A stretch of 64,000 nt of DNA from an uncultured Methanosarcinaceae archaeon (GTDB lineage: Archaea > Halobacteriota > Methanosarcinia > Methanosarcinales > Methanosarcinaceae), in NCBI GenBank assembly GCA_963847185.1, contig CAWJYV010000007.1, forward strand, positions 256,001-320,000. Reading direction: 5' to 3'. Of this stretch, positions 49,903 to 60,141 are shown in pieces; positions within the stretch are counted from its first letter, which is position 1; the number at the start of each line of letters is the position of its first letter. A program made the translations under genes and the position numbers. The notes beneath the pieces were generated by a model that did no database searches, had not been told where the DNA came from, and was given only the letters and a program-made list of their open reading frames with translations.

Positions 49903-50916
49903 TTAAAGGATAATCTCAATATCCAGTTCTTCTGCAAGCTCTTTGTACCTGTTCCGGATGGTAACTTCAGTAACTCCGGCGACATCTGCAACTTCTCTTT
50001 GAGTCCGCCTTTCACCGCATAAAATGGATGCAATATAGATTGCAGCCGCAGCGACTCCTGTAGGACCTCTCCCGCTTGTGAGTTCTTTTTCGGAAGCCTG
50101 CCTGAGGATTTCGACACTCTTTGACTGTACTTCTCCTTTCAGATTAAGACCTGAACAGAACCTGGGGACATAGTCAATTGGGGAAGTTGGCATAAGCTTT
50201 AATGCAAGTTCCCTGGAAATAAAACGGTAAGTTCTTCCTATTTCTTTCCGGCTGACTCTGGATACTTCTTCTATCTCATCAAGAGTCCTTGGAACACTAC
50301 ACTGGCGGCAAGCGGCATACAGAGCAGCTGCAGCCACACCTTCAATGCTTCTTCCACGGATAAGGTTCTTATCCACAGCTTTCCTGTAGACGACAGCAGC
50401 TGTTTCCCTGACCGTTCTCGGAAGACCCAATGCAGACGCCATTCTGTCCAGTTCGGAAAGAGCAAAAGCAAGGTTTCTTTCGGTTGCGTTACTTACACGA
50501 ATTCTACGTTGCCATTTTCTTAAACGGTAGAGCTGAGCACGATTTTTGGAGGAAATAGACTTTCCGTAGGAGTCACGATTTCTCCAATCAATCATTGTAG
50601 AAAGCCCTTTGTCATGAATTGTGTATGTCATGGGCGCACCCACACGGGAACGCTTCATACGCTGATCGTGATCGAAAGCTCGCCATTCAGGTCCTTCATC
50701 CACAAAATCGGCATCAACGACAAGTCCGCAGTCACCGCATACAAGTTCGGCCCGCTCGTAGTCGTGAACAAGGTTCCTGCTACCGCACTCAGGACACACG
50801 GCCTTTTCGTTCTCAAAACTTTGCTCTTTTTGCTTCTCTTTGCGAGCTTTGATCATGGCACGTATTTTTTCCCTTTCAAGAGTGTCCGAATAGCGAACTC
50901 TTTCGACTTCTACCAT
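49903..50916 (-). CDS. tfb: Transcription initiation factor IIB
   Basis: Zn ribbon CPECG...CGDCG, GPEWRAF, two cyclin repeats, [12 protein letters not shown]. Confidence 0.98.
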   Translation of the reverse strand: MVEVERVRYSDTLEREKIRAMIKARKEKQKEQSFENEKAVCPECGSRNLVHDYERAELVCGDCGLVVDADFVDEGPEWRAFDHDQRMKRSRVGAPMTYTIHDKGLSTMIDWRNRDSYGKSISSKNRAQLYRLRKWQRRIRVSNATERNLAFALSELDRMASALGLPRTVRETAAVVYRKAVDKNLIRGRSIEGVAAAALYAACRQCSVPRTLDEIEEVSRVSRKEIGRTYRFISRELALKLMPTSPIDYVPRFCSGLNLKGEVQSKSVEILRQASEKELTSGRGPTGVAAAAIYIASILCGERRTQREVADVAGVTEVTIRNRYKELAEELDIEIIL

Positions 50917-51109
50917 ATTTATATCACCTTAGATGTTGACATAAAGTCTTTATGATTCTCTGTCATCCCGAACCTGTACCACTTAAAAACATAATATATA
51001 TAAAAAAGGGGACACGAAAACATTACGGCTATAACTAGCACAAAACATATAAACCAGTTAATATTAAACCATAACAAAGAATTCATATCTGTATCGAACT
51101 TCAGAGATT

Positions 51110-51379
51110 TCACCGAATATAGACCCTTTCATTGATCATAACCCGAAATTCTGAATCCGAAATTCGTTTGAGGCCCTTCACTAAAAAGTATGGATGGTTT
51201 ACAGGTCCAAATACACTGACAATTGTACCAACCCGGTTCAGGGCTTTATCCACGACAATCGAATTCAACTTTGGAAGATTACTTGAGACGTTATCGGATT
51301 TGATCTCATCCCCTATAATTATCAGGTTTTTGACACCTGATCTGTGCTGTACTGTACCGAGTCGTTTCATATAAGCCAC
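51110..51379 (-). CDS. gar1: H/ACA RNP protein Gar1
   Basis: MKRLGTV..., VGTIVSVFGPVNHPY; usual position upstream of tfb. Confidence 0.88.
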   Translation of the reverse strand: MAYMKRLGTVQHRSGVKNLIIIGDEIKSDNVSSNLPKLNSIVVDKALNRVGTIVSVFGPVNHPYFLVKGLKRISDSEFRVMINERVYIR

Positions 51380-51470
51380 GAATAATAATAGCTATGTTTC
51401 TGGTTCAGGGCAAAAATAACCCGACATTTTTTACGAGCCAGACTGTCAGCCTTTAATAAGAAAGCATATT

Positions 51471-51515
51471 GTAGACTGAAAAGCATATCTAGTCTACGTT
51501 CATCTTATATAAAGA
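51471..51515 (-). promoter_or_regulatory. Probable gar1-tfb promoter with downstream palindrome
   Basis: Minus-strand TTTATATA at ~51506-51513; GTAGACT-N13-AGTCTAC at 51471-51497. Confidence 0.45.
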
Positions 51516-51725
51516 TATCGCAAGACCTATATTACACGAAACTTTCAAATAAAAATAAGGAGATAAGGTAAAATAGAGGGGGAAGTAAACCACAAGCTTA
51601 TATATTAAATAAACGTTGTTGGCAACAATCAGACCAGATATCTGATTGTACAATTATACAATTATATATACAATTATATAGACACCTAACTCCGATTAAT
51701 GATCTCGTTCCAGGGAGGAGACTCA

Positions 51726-54377
51726 TTGTCCAAGTTCGTATATTTTTTTGGAAAGGATGTAACTGATGGTAAAAGTAGCATGAAAGACCTGCTTGGAGGT
51801 AAGGGTGCAAATCTCGCCGAGATGGCAAATCTCGGAATTCCCGTACCACCTGGCTTTACAATAACGACCGAAGTTTGTGTACTTTACTTAAAAGATGGAA
51901 AATATTCTGAAGAAGTACTCAAGCAGGTAAAAGAAGCAATTGATAAGCTCGAGGCCTTAAATATCAAAAAATTGGGAGATCCAGATGATCCGCTTCTTGT
52001 TTCTGTAAGATCTGGAGCCCGGGTGTCCATGCCGGGGATGATGGACACTGTCCTTAATCTGGGGCTCACGGATAAATCCGTAATCGGACTCGCAAACAAG
52101 GTCGACGATGAAAGATTCGCTTATGATTGCTACCGCAGATTTATCTCCATGTTTGGAGATGTTGTGCTGGGAATTGACTTTGACAAATTCGAGTCTCTAA
52201 TTGAAGACAAGAAAAAAGAAATGAAAGTCAAATCCGATGCTGATCTCGATGCGAAATCTTTAAAATATCTGGCTGAAAGGTTCAAAGAAGTAATCAAACT
52301 TGAAAAAGGGTTTGAGTTTCCTCAGGATCCGAAAATCCAGCTTCAGATGGCAATTAATGCTGTTTTTGATTCTTGGAATAATCCGAGAGCCATCACATAC
52401 AGAAAGCTCAACGAAATTGATGACAGCTGGGGCACAGCCGTCAATGTACAGACCATGGTTTACGGGAACAGAGGAAACACCTCAGGTACAGGAGTTGCTT
52501 TTACAAGAAACCCGTCTACAGGGGAAAAGAAGTTCTTTGGAGAATACCTTATCAATGCCCAGGGCGAAGATGTGGTTGCAGGTATCCGGACTCCGGACTT
52601 TATTAATACCCTTGGAGATAAGATTCCTGATGCCTACAAACAGCTTGTAGATATCTGCCAGAGGCTTGAAGCTCACTTCAAGGACATGCAGGACATAGAG
52701 TTTACCATTCAGGAAGGAAAACTCTACATGCTCCAGACAAGGACAGGTAAGCGAACAGCTGCCGCAACCGTTAAGATTGCAACGGACATGGTCGCAGAAG
52801 GACTGATTGATAAAGACACAGCAGTCACAAGGGTAAAAGCCGAACATATTGACCAGCTCCTGCATCCGAGAATTGACCCCAAAGCAAAGTTTGAAATAGT
52901 GGCAAGAGGGCTTCCGGCATCTCCAGGCGCTGCTGTAGGAAAAGTCGTATTTACTGCCGAGGCAGCCGAGGAAATGGCCGAGTTAGGAGAAAAAACTATT
53001 CTCGTCCGAACCGAGACCTCTCCTGAAGATATAGGAGGTATGGCAGCTGCTCAAGGAGTTCTTACCGTACGCGGAGGAATGACCTCTCATGCAGCAGTCG
53101 TTGGTAGAGGCATGGGTAAGCCCTGTGTAGTAGGCTGCGGAGAAATCTCAATCGACATGAAGAACGGCCTCTTCATGGTGAATGGTCAAATTGTTAAGGA
53201 ACATGACTATATCTCCATTGATGGGAGCTTAGGCAGTGTTATCCTCGGGAAAGTTGAGCTCATTGATGCCGAAATTAATAATGATCTGAAGCGCCTTCTC
53301 ATCTGGGCGGATGCAATCAGAACTCTCGGAGTCAGAACTAATGCAGATAATCCGGCAGATGCAGCCCTGGCCCGTGAACTTGGTGCAGAAGGCATCGGAC
53401 TTTGCAGAACTGAGCATATGTTCTTCGGAGAAGACAGAATTCCCGCAGTAAGGGAAATGATTATGGCAGAGGACGAAAAGTCCAGGAAGAAAGCCCTCAA
53501 GAAACTGCTCCCCATGCAGAAGGAAGACTTCCTTGGCATCTTCCGCAGTATGGAAGGACTGCCAGTAACTATCAGGCTGCTTGATCCTCCTCTCCACGAG
53601 TTCCTTCCTGACAAGGAAGAACTGGATGCAAAGCTCAGGGAACTTGAAGCTTCCGGAGACTGCGGGAAGATCGACGAGGTAAAGAAGATCATCCAGCGTG
53701 TTGTTTCCCTTAAGGAACTCAATCCTATGCTCGGCCACAGAGGATGCAGGCTTGGAATCACCTATCCAGAAATCTACAATATGCAGGTACGCGCAATCAT
53801 GGAAGCAGCCTGTGAGCTCTCTGCCGAGGGAGTAAATGTTATTCCTGAAATTATGATTCCACTTGTGGGCCTTGTAAAAGAGCTGACTCTTACCAGAGGG
53901 GAAGTTTGCAAGATGGCTGAGACAGTTATGGCTGAAAAAGGCATCAAGATCGATTATCATGTAGGAACCATGATCGAATTGCCAAGAGCCGCAATTGTTG
54001 CAGACCAGATCGCTAGGGAAGCCGATTTCTTCTCCTTTGGAACAAACGACCTGACCCAGACAACCTTTGGATTCAGCCGTGACGACGTGTCCAAATTTGT
54101 GCCTATCTACCAGAAAGCAGGTATTATTGAGCACGATCCCTTCGCAGTCCTTGACAGGGAAGGTGTTGGCGAGATAATGAAGATCGGAATTCAAAAAGGA
54201 CGTTCTGTCAAACCAAAACTTAAAATGGGTATCTGTGGAGAACACGGTGGAGAGCCAAGGTCAATCCACTTTGCTTATGAAATAGGACTCGATTACGTAA
54301 GCTGCTCTCCTTACAGAGTACCAATTGCAAGACTTGTGGCTGCACAGAGCACTCTTGAATCCAGAAACGCAAAATAA
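51726..54377 (+). CDS. ppdK: Pyruvate, phosphate dikinase
   Basis: LLGGKGANLAEM, GGMTSHAAVV (phospho-His), GIGLCRTEHMF, SFGTNDLTQ, GICGEHGG; TTG start after GGAGGAG. Confidence 0.97.
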   Translation: MSKFVYFFGKDVTDGKSSMKDLLGGKGANLAEMANLGIPVPPGFTITTEVCVLYLKDGKYSEEVLKQVKEAIDKLEALNIKKLGDPDDPLLVSVRSGARVSMPGMMDTVLNLGLTDKSVIGLANKVDDERFAYDCYRRFISMFGDVVLGIDFDKFESLIEDKKKEMKVKSDADLDAKSLKYLAERFKEVIKLEKGFEFPQDPKIQLQMAINAVFDSWNNPRAITYRKLNEIDDSWGTAVNVQTMVYGNRGNTSGTGVAFTRNPSTGEKKFFGEYLINAQGEDVVAGIRTPDFINTLGDKIPDAYKQLVDICQRLEAHFKDMQDIEFTIQEGKLYMLQTRTGKRTAAATVKIATDMVAEGLIDKDTAVTRVKAEHIDQLLHPRIDPKAKFEIVARGLPASPGAAVGKVVFTAEAAEEMAELGEKTILVRTETSPEDIGGMAAAQGVLTVRGGMTSHAAVVGRGMGKPCVVGCGEISIDMKNGLFMVNGQIVKEHDYISIDGSLGSVILGKVELIDAEINNDLKRLLIWADAIRTLGVRTNADNPADAALARELGAEGIGLCRTEHMFFGEDRIPAVREMIMAEDEKSRKKALKKLLPMQKEDFLGIFRSMEGLPVTIRLLDPPLHEFLPDKEELDAKLRELEASGDCGKIDEVKKIIQRVVSLKELNPMLGHRGCRLGITYPEIYNMQVRAIMEAACELSAEGVNVIPEIMIPLVGLVKELTLTRGEVCKMAETVMAEKGIKIDYHVGTMIELPRAAIVADQIAREADFFSFGTNDLTQTTFGFSRDDVSKFVPIYQKAGIIEHDPFAVLDREGVGEIMKIGIQKGRSVKPKLKMGICGEHGGEPRSIHFAYEIGLDYVSCSPYRVPIARLVAAQSTLESRNAK

Positions 54378-54686
54378 AATCTTTAAATAAATATTAATTC
54401 AAAACAGGTAGGACGAAAATCCTGCCTATACTTCCTCTTTTTTCTAAAAACTTGTTATTAAGAGTAAACTCTATGAATTGCTGAAAAACAATCTGAGAGA
54501 AACACTTTAATTTAAGAAGCTAGTCCTAACTTGGGAGCAGCAGCTCTAAATGTGGAGCTGTTTTACAAAATATGTATAGCAGGTAATTACAATAAATTCT
54601 TTAGAAAAGAAAGGAATTAAGGATTATTGCAGCTTCAATCAGCTACAATTCCCTGAAATTATTCTTTTTTAGTTCTAGATTCTTAA

Positions 54687-55652
54687 TTAATAGTTCCTTG
54701 CAATCATATAGTCTGCAATCTGAAGAAGTAAATCCTTTTCAGGACAGTCTGCCAGAGCATCCAGCTTTGCCTTACCGTCGTTAATGTATGATATTGCAAG
54801 ATTCTTTACGTAATCAATGGATCCGCATTCTGTCAGAATCTGGACTGCTTCTTCGGTTTCTTCCAGAGTAGCTTCTCCTTTTCCGAAGATATCCAGTTTT
54901 ACACCTTTTCCGAAAGCGTCAATTACAATAAGGGTATGTTTTCCTTCCATAAGGTCACTGCCCCTTACTTTACCGAGTACTTCCTGTGGGGTGATCATAT
55001 CCAGAACATCATCATACATCTGGAAGCCGATCCCTATAAGGCGTCCGTACTCTGATAAAGCTTCAGCAACCTCATCAGAGGCTCCTCCCAGGAGGGCTCC
55101 TATCTTGGCTGCAGCTGCGTAGAGAACTGAGGTCTTTTTCTCCACCATCTCAATGTATTCGGATTCAGTAACTCTTTCTCTTTTCTCAAAGTCCATATCA
55201 AGCCACTGCCCTTCGCAGATTTCAGTACAGGTCTTTGAGAGTACATCCATGCATTTCAAAATTCTTACAGGTTCGTTTTCAACTTTTGACAGGATCTCGA
55301 AAGCCTTGGAGTAAAGAGTATCTCCTGCAAGAATCGCGCCTGCTTCCCCCCATATCATATGGACTGCAGGCCTGCCTCTACGGATATCGTCTTTGTCCAT
55401 AATGTCGTCATGTATCAGGGTAAAATTATGGACAAGTTCTACGGCCACTGCTGCAGGCAAAACAGATTTGAGATCGGAACCTACAGCTTCAGCTGCCAGA
55501 ATAAGGACTGCCGGACGGAGGCGTTTTCCTCCGGCATCCACAAGGTAACGAGAAGCTTTGTACAGTTCCTCGGGACGAGTTACGGGAAGCATCTCATTAA
55601 TTGCAGCATCAACATGGACACTTCTTTTTTTGATCTCATCTATAAGAGTCAT
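54687..55652 (-). CDS. idsA: Geranylgeranyl diphosphate synthase (short-chain polyprenyl synthase)
   Basis: GGKRLRP, FTLIHDDIMD...RRG, GQWLD, FQMYDDVLD. Confidence 0.94.
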   Translation of the reverse strand: MTLIDEIKKRSVHVDAAINEMLPVTRPEELYKASRYLVDAGGKRLRPAVLILAAEAVGSDLKSVLPAAVAVELVHNFTLIHDDIMDKDDIRRGRPAVHMIWGEAGAILAGDTLYSKAFEILSKVENEPVRILKCMDVLSKTCTEICEGQWLDMDFEKRERVTESEYIEMVEKKTSVLYAAAAKIGALLGGASDEVAEALSEYGRLIGIGFQMYDDVLDMITPQEVLGKVRGSDLMEGKHTLIVIDAFGKGVKLDIFGKGEATLEETEEAVQILTECGSIDYVKNLAISYINDGKAKLDALADCPEKDLLLQIADYMIARNY

Positions 55653-55679
55653 AAACACCACAAGAATACGGATATACAA

Positions 55680-57023
55680 TTATTCTTCTATATATAACAC
55701 TTCACCGTTTCTGAGGAGGTGTACTGTATCTCCAAGTACATACCCGGCATCTTCAGCCATCTCGATGTAGTGTCCGTGCATCTCCAGGTCTCCATGGGCA
55801 GGAATTACGTGTTCGGGATTTACCATACGCAGGAGTTCCCAGTGGTCTTCCCTGTATGCGTGTCCTGATACATGCACATTGTCGTAGATCCTTGCACCCC
55901 GCATCCTGAGTTTGGTCTCAAGAGCATAACGGTTGGCCTGAGTCATTGGGCTTGGGATTACATTTGCAGAGAAAATAACCCTGTCTCCGGGATCTATGGT
56001 ATACGGAGTTTCCCCGTTTGAAACTCGCACAAGAATCGAACCTGGCTCACCCTGGTGCCCGGTAACTATTGGGAGGTATTTGTTCTTTCCTTCCTGCATA
56101 ATACGTTTGAAAATCCGATCAACGTCTTTCCTCTGGCCGCACATCTCAACATTGGAAGGCAGCTCGATATATCCAAGATCTCTTGCAGCCGCAACATAGC
56201 GTTCCATTGAACGGCCCATAAGCACAGGGATTCTGCCCATCTCGCCAGCTGCTTCAATAATCGCTTTCAGCCTGGGGATATGGGAAGCAAAAGTGGTAAT
56301 TATCATTCCTACTTCGGATTCTTCAGTTCCGAGCAGTACATCCCTTACCATATCTTTTGCAATCTGTTCAGAAGGAGTTTTTCCTGAGCGTCCTGCGTTC
56401 GTACTCTCTGTAATCATTGCAATAACCCCTTCCTTACCAAGGGCTTTAAGGCGTGCAAAATCAGGAGCTTCACCCATTGTCGGAGTCCTATCCAGCTTGA
56501 AATCACAGGCGTAAAGAACTGCTCCAACCGGAGTGTGAACAGCTGCGAGAACACAATCAATGATACTGTGCTGGACACGGATGAATTCGATGGAAATGTC
56601 TTCTGTAACCTGGTAAGTCCCACCTGCATTCAAGGGAATAACCCTGTTGCAAACCTCAAACTTGCGTTCGGCCTCTATCTGCTGTTTGATTAGAGCCGAT
56701 GTATATGGTGTAGCAATAATTGGGGCATTATACCTGTGGGCAAGTTTCGGAATTGCACCTATATGGTCAAGATGCCCGTGAGTACAGACAATTGCCCGGA
56801 CAGTTCCATTGATTTCTTTCATGATAGTATCATCAGGAATTGCTCCCATCTCGATCAGTTCGAGAGAGTGCATTTTGTCAATTTCGACATCTTCATGAAT
56901 CTGAACTCTATCGAGCCGAAGCCCCATGTCCAGAATTATAATATCTTCACCTATGATAACGGCAGTCATGTTGCGGCCCATCTCGTTATAGCCGCCGACT
57001 GCAACAATTCCTATTTCAGTCAT
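55680..57023 (-). CDS. rnj: RNase J family beta-CASP ribonuclease
   Basis: GGYNEMGRNM, THGHLDHIG, HSIID, GHQGEP, HVSGHA, IPAHG. Confidence 0.93.
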   Translation of the reverse strand: MTEIGIVAVGGYNEMGRNMTAVIIGEDIIILDMGLRLDRVQIHEDVEIDKMHSLELIEMGAIPDDTIMKEINGTVRAIVCTHGHLDHIGAIPKLAHRYNAPIIATPYTSALIKQQIEAERKFEVCNRVIPLNAGGTYQVTEDISIEFIRVQHSIIDCVLAAVHTPVGAVLYACDFKLDRTPTMGEAPDFARLKALGKEGVIAMITESTNAGRSGKTPSEQIAKDMVRDVLLGTEESEVGMIITTFASHIPRLKAIIEAAGEMGRIPVLMGRSMERYVAAARDLGYIELPSNVEMCGQRKDVDRIFKRIMQEGKNKYLPIVTGHQGEPGSILVRVSNGETPYTIDPGDRVIFSANVIPSPMTQANRYALETKLRMRGARIYDNVHVSGHAYREDHWELLRMVNPEHVIPAHGDLEMHGHYIEMAEDAGYVLGDTVHLLRNGEVLYIEE

Positions 57024-57387
57024 ATTTTTTAAACCTCTTACTTTAATTTTTATCCTTGTGAAACCGAAACCTCAGAATACAGATCCGGGAACGGTCTTGA
57101 ATCAATGACCATGAGTGTGAACAGTACAATACGTAAATATAGAATCAGTAGTAGACCAGCTACTTCTTAGATCCTTTCTCTCATGAGTGGAGCATGTTCC
57201 TGAGTGAACTGGATCAGGATACAATTTCTTACAGAAGAATACAACCTCAAATATATATTAGTTTCTTTATACAAATAATTCAACGCTAGCTATGAATTCC
57301 GGGGACTATTCCTGGTACTTTATTTCTTGATCAACTCAAAGGATTTCTTATCCAATCGGATCAAATAAACTCCGGCTATAAACTCAA

Positions 57388-57598
57388 TCAACAAGCGCCT
57401 CCAGCGTACTCTTCTCTTACAGACTTATTATCTCTTTTAATTGCCTGATCTCCAGTGAACTCAATGAAGTAAGATTTCTACCTTCTATATGCTTTAATAA
57501 CTGATTCTTTTATTCCAACTGACTCTTCTGGAAATTTTAGTGTTTCACTTTGTTGCAGTTGATCTCTATTAATTAAAATCCTTATTCACTAAATTCAT
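57388..57598 (-). pseudogene. Probable decayed small gene
   Basis: ~65-codon frame IRILINRDQLQQSETLKFPEES...YRR*KSYFIEF...EEYAGGAC with one internal TAG; nearest ATG (57598) is out of frame. Confidence 0.3.
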
Positions 57599-58174
57599 TT
57601 CTTTCTTGAATGTACTTACTTGGAAACTTTAACTGAATGAACTCTTATGTGATAAATTTCATAAATAACTTTGATCTAATAGGAGTGACTTGAATTGAAT
57701 GATCTCGCAAATAATATAAGCAATTTATTAAATTAATTTCCAAATAAATCTTTATTTGCAGAAATGACAATTCTGCTAATTTTTGGTCATATGATAGTAA
57801 ATCTTCAATGTAATTGTTTTCAACAATTCAGATAGTTTTGTATCTTCTTATATTGCTGAATAGCTGCTGATAATGATATGTCCTCATTTATCCTATTCTT
57901 TAGGTATCCCTAAAGGGTAATAAACTAGTTAATTTTTTCCTTGTTATGGAAGCAAATTTCCACTAAGCGAATTTTTCAGGTTCAAAAGCATGAGCCTTTA
58001 TTATTTTAATATTAACTTTTCCTGTGGAACATTACTTCATTTTATGTATAAATATTGTTATGGGCTAAGCTTTTATTAAATGATCTGTATTGAGCATCAT
58101 CTGTAATAGCAAATATTAATAAATTACAAATTAAGGTAACCTGATTGTCCTGTACATTAAATATTTTTCCTTGG

Positions 58175-59272
58175 TTAAAATATGTCCCTTGACACTGCAT
58201 AGTCTTTTACGTTAAATCCGCGCTGTCCAAGATATTCAAGGGTCCAGCCAGTAACGACCACAGGGGCATTATGCAGATCCTGTATATTTCCACAGCCGCA
58301 AAGGAACATTGCGGTTCTGAATTCATCCAGCATACGAGACAGGATACTGACAACTGATTCTTTTCCCTCAAGAGCAGGACCTACAAAGGGTAAAGCTGCA
58401 CTCGCTGCATTTGCTCCAAGAGCAATGGATTTTGCAATATCAAGCCCTGTCCTTACTCCACCTGTTGCGATAATTGGGAGGGAAATCCTGCACTCTATAA
58501 TGCTGGCAACAGTAGGAATCCCAAAATCCCAGAAGAGTTCCCCAAGGTGTTCTGAGAGAGAGTCTTCGCTTTCTCTGGCTCTGTATACTTCAACTCCTGC
58601 CCAGCTGGTGCCTCCAACGCCTCCCACATCAATTGCAGAAACACCTATTTTCTGGAGCATGAGGGCATCTTCTCTTGAGATTCCGGCTCCTGTTTCTTTA
58701 ACAATTATCGGAGTGTCCAGCACGGAACAGATCTCTCTTATCATTTCCAGGCATCCTGTGGCATCTCTATCTCCTTCAGGTTGGATGGCTTCCTGCAGGA
58801 AATTCAGGTGGATGGCAAGGGCATCAGCGTCTATCATCTCAACAAGTTTTTCAACCCCGTCAACCCCGTATTTGCGAATCTGGGCTGCACCCACGTTCCC
58901 GTAGACAAAGGCATTGGGAGCTTCATCCCTGACAATCCTGAAAGATTCTTCCTGGGAAGGATCATCGATTGCAGCCCTCTGGCTGCCAACACCTATCCCC
59001 ACTCCAAGCTCTTCAGCTGCAGCCGCAAGAGCAGCGTTTACAGGAATTGTATCAGGGTGCCCTCCTGTAATTGAGGCTATTAAAAACGGAGCCTGGAGTC
59101 GCTTTCCGAAAATGTCCACAGACAGATCCAGCTTATCCATATCAAGTTCCGGAAGTGCCCTGTGAATCAGGGTTACATCCTCAAAGCCCGGACTGACCTT
59201 TCGAGATTCTACCGGGCTTTCAGCACATAGTCTGAGGTGTTCTATCTTTCGCCTTGAGGTAGTGTTGATCAT
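58175..59272 (-). CDS. fni: Type 2 isopentenyl-diphosphate delta-isomerase
   Basis: RRKIEH, SITGG, GVGSQR, HLNFLQE.IQPEGD, KETGAG, GGTSW. Confidence 0.96.
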   Translation of the reverse strand: MINTTSRRKIEHLRLCAESPVESRKVSPGFEDVTLIHRALPELDMDKLDLSVDIFGKRLQAPFLIASITGGHPDTIPVNAALAAAAEELGVGIGVGSQRAAIDDPSQEESFRIVRDEAPNAFVYGNVGAAQIRKYGVDGVEKLVEMIDADALAIHLNFLQEAIQPEGDRDATGCLEMIREICSVLDTPIIVKETGAGISREDALMLQKIGVSAIDVGGVGGTSWAGVEVYRARESEDSLSEHLGELFWDFGIPTVASIIECRISLPIIATGGVRTGLDIAKSIALGANAASAALPFVGPALEGKESVVSILSRMLDEFRTAMFLCGCGNIQDLHNAPVVVTGWTLEYLGQRGFNVKDYAVSRDIF

Positions 59273-59277
59273 GCTTT

Positions 59278-60060
59278 TCATACCCTTTTATCCGGACTGA
59301 TTCTGGTTCCTATGGGTTCCCCATTCAAGAACCTGTAGACATTATCAGCTTTCCCTGCATTGAATATATATGATGTAATACAAGATGTTTTGCTAAGTTC
59401 CAGAAGTTCCTGTACCTTTCCCAGCATGCCACCTGTAACGTCGGTATTTCCGGATCCCCCTATATAATGGCTGACACTTTCAAATTTTTCAGGGGTTATT
59501 TCAGGTACAGGCTTCCCGGTGTTATCAAGCACCCCGTCCTCTGCAGATCCCAATCCGAGCCTGGTGATCCCAAGTTCTTTTGCAAGATAAGGAACAATCT
59601 GGTCTCCTGAAAGAACGCATGCCCCAAGTTCGAAATCCATAACTACGTCTCCATGAAGTACGGGGACAAAACCGTTTTCGAGCATGAGTCTTATGTTTTC
59701 AAGGTACATGCTTTCTATTCTCCCTTTTCTGCAAACTGTACAGCCCATGGGATGTACAGCCACGGCCCGAACTCCGAAACTATTCAGGGCATCTACCACT
59801 CTGGAAGCGAGTTTTTTGACTGACTCGTGAGTTACAATGGCTCCTTCCGGATCAAAATTCCTGTCAAGCCCATATTTCTTGGCGTAGGTATGCCCGAAGG
59901 AACCTGCACCATGTACAATAATCATTTTTCCCTGGAATTCGGAGACTTCACGAGCAATCCTTATGAGGTCAGCCTCTCTTACAACCCCTTGATCTGCTCC
60001 TTTGTCCGTAATGACGCTGCCCCCAAGTTTCAGGATAACAGGTTCGGTTGAGACCTTCAT
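59278..60060 (-). CDS. ipk: Isopentenyl phosphate kinase
   Basis: LKLGGSVITDK, HGAGSFGH, PVLHGD, SGDQI, DVTGGMLGK. Confidence 0.94.
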   Translation of the reverse strand: MKVSTEPVILKLGGSVITDKGADQGVVREADLIRIAREVSEFQGKMIIVHGAGSFGHTYAKKYGLDRNFDPEGAIVTHESVKKLASRVVDALNSFGVRAVAVHPMGCTVCRKGRIESMYLENIRLMLENGFVPVLHGDVVMDFELGACVLSGDQIVPYLAKELGITRLGLGSAEDGVLDNTGKPVPEITPEKFESVSHYIGGSGNTDVTGGMLGKVQELLELSKTSCITSYIFNAGKADNVYRFLNGEPIGTRISPDKRV

Positions 60061-60141
60061 GCCATATCACTTATACCTTTTTTGATAAAGTTCAATTTAT
60101 TATGTAATAACCGCGAAATGACGAAGTTATGATCTAACGGC

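Noticed and set aside
53229-54245. 338-aa minus-strand ORF, and similar long shadow ORFs (49302-50117, 1585-2103, 3406-3909, 40347-40823, 44870-45325)
   Set aside because: Antisense or out-of-frame overlaps of well-supported genes or repeats, with no recognisable motifs.
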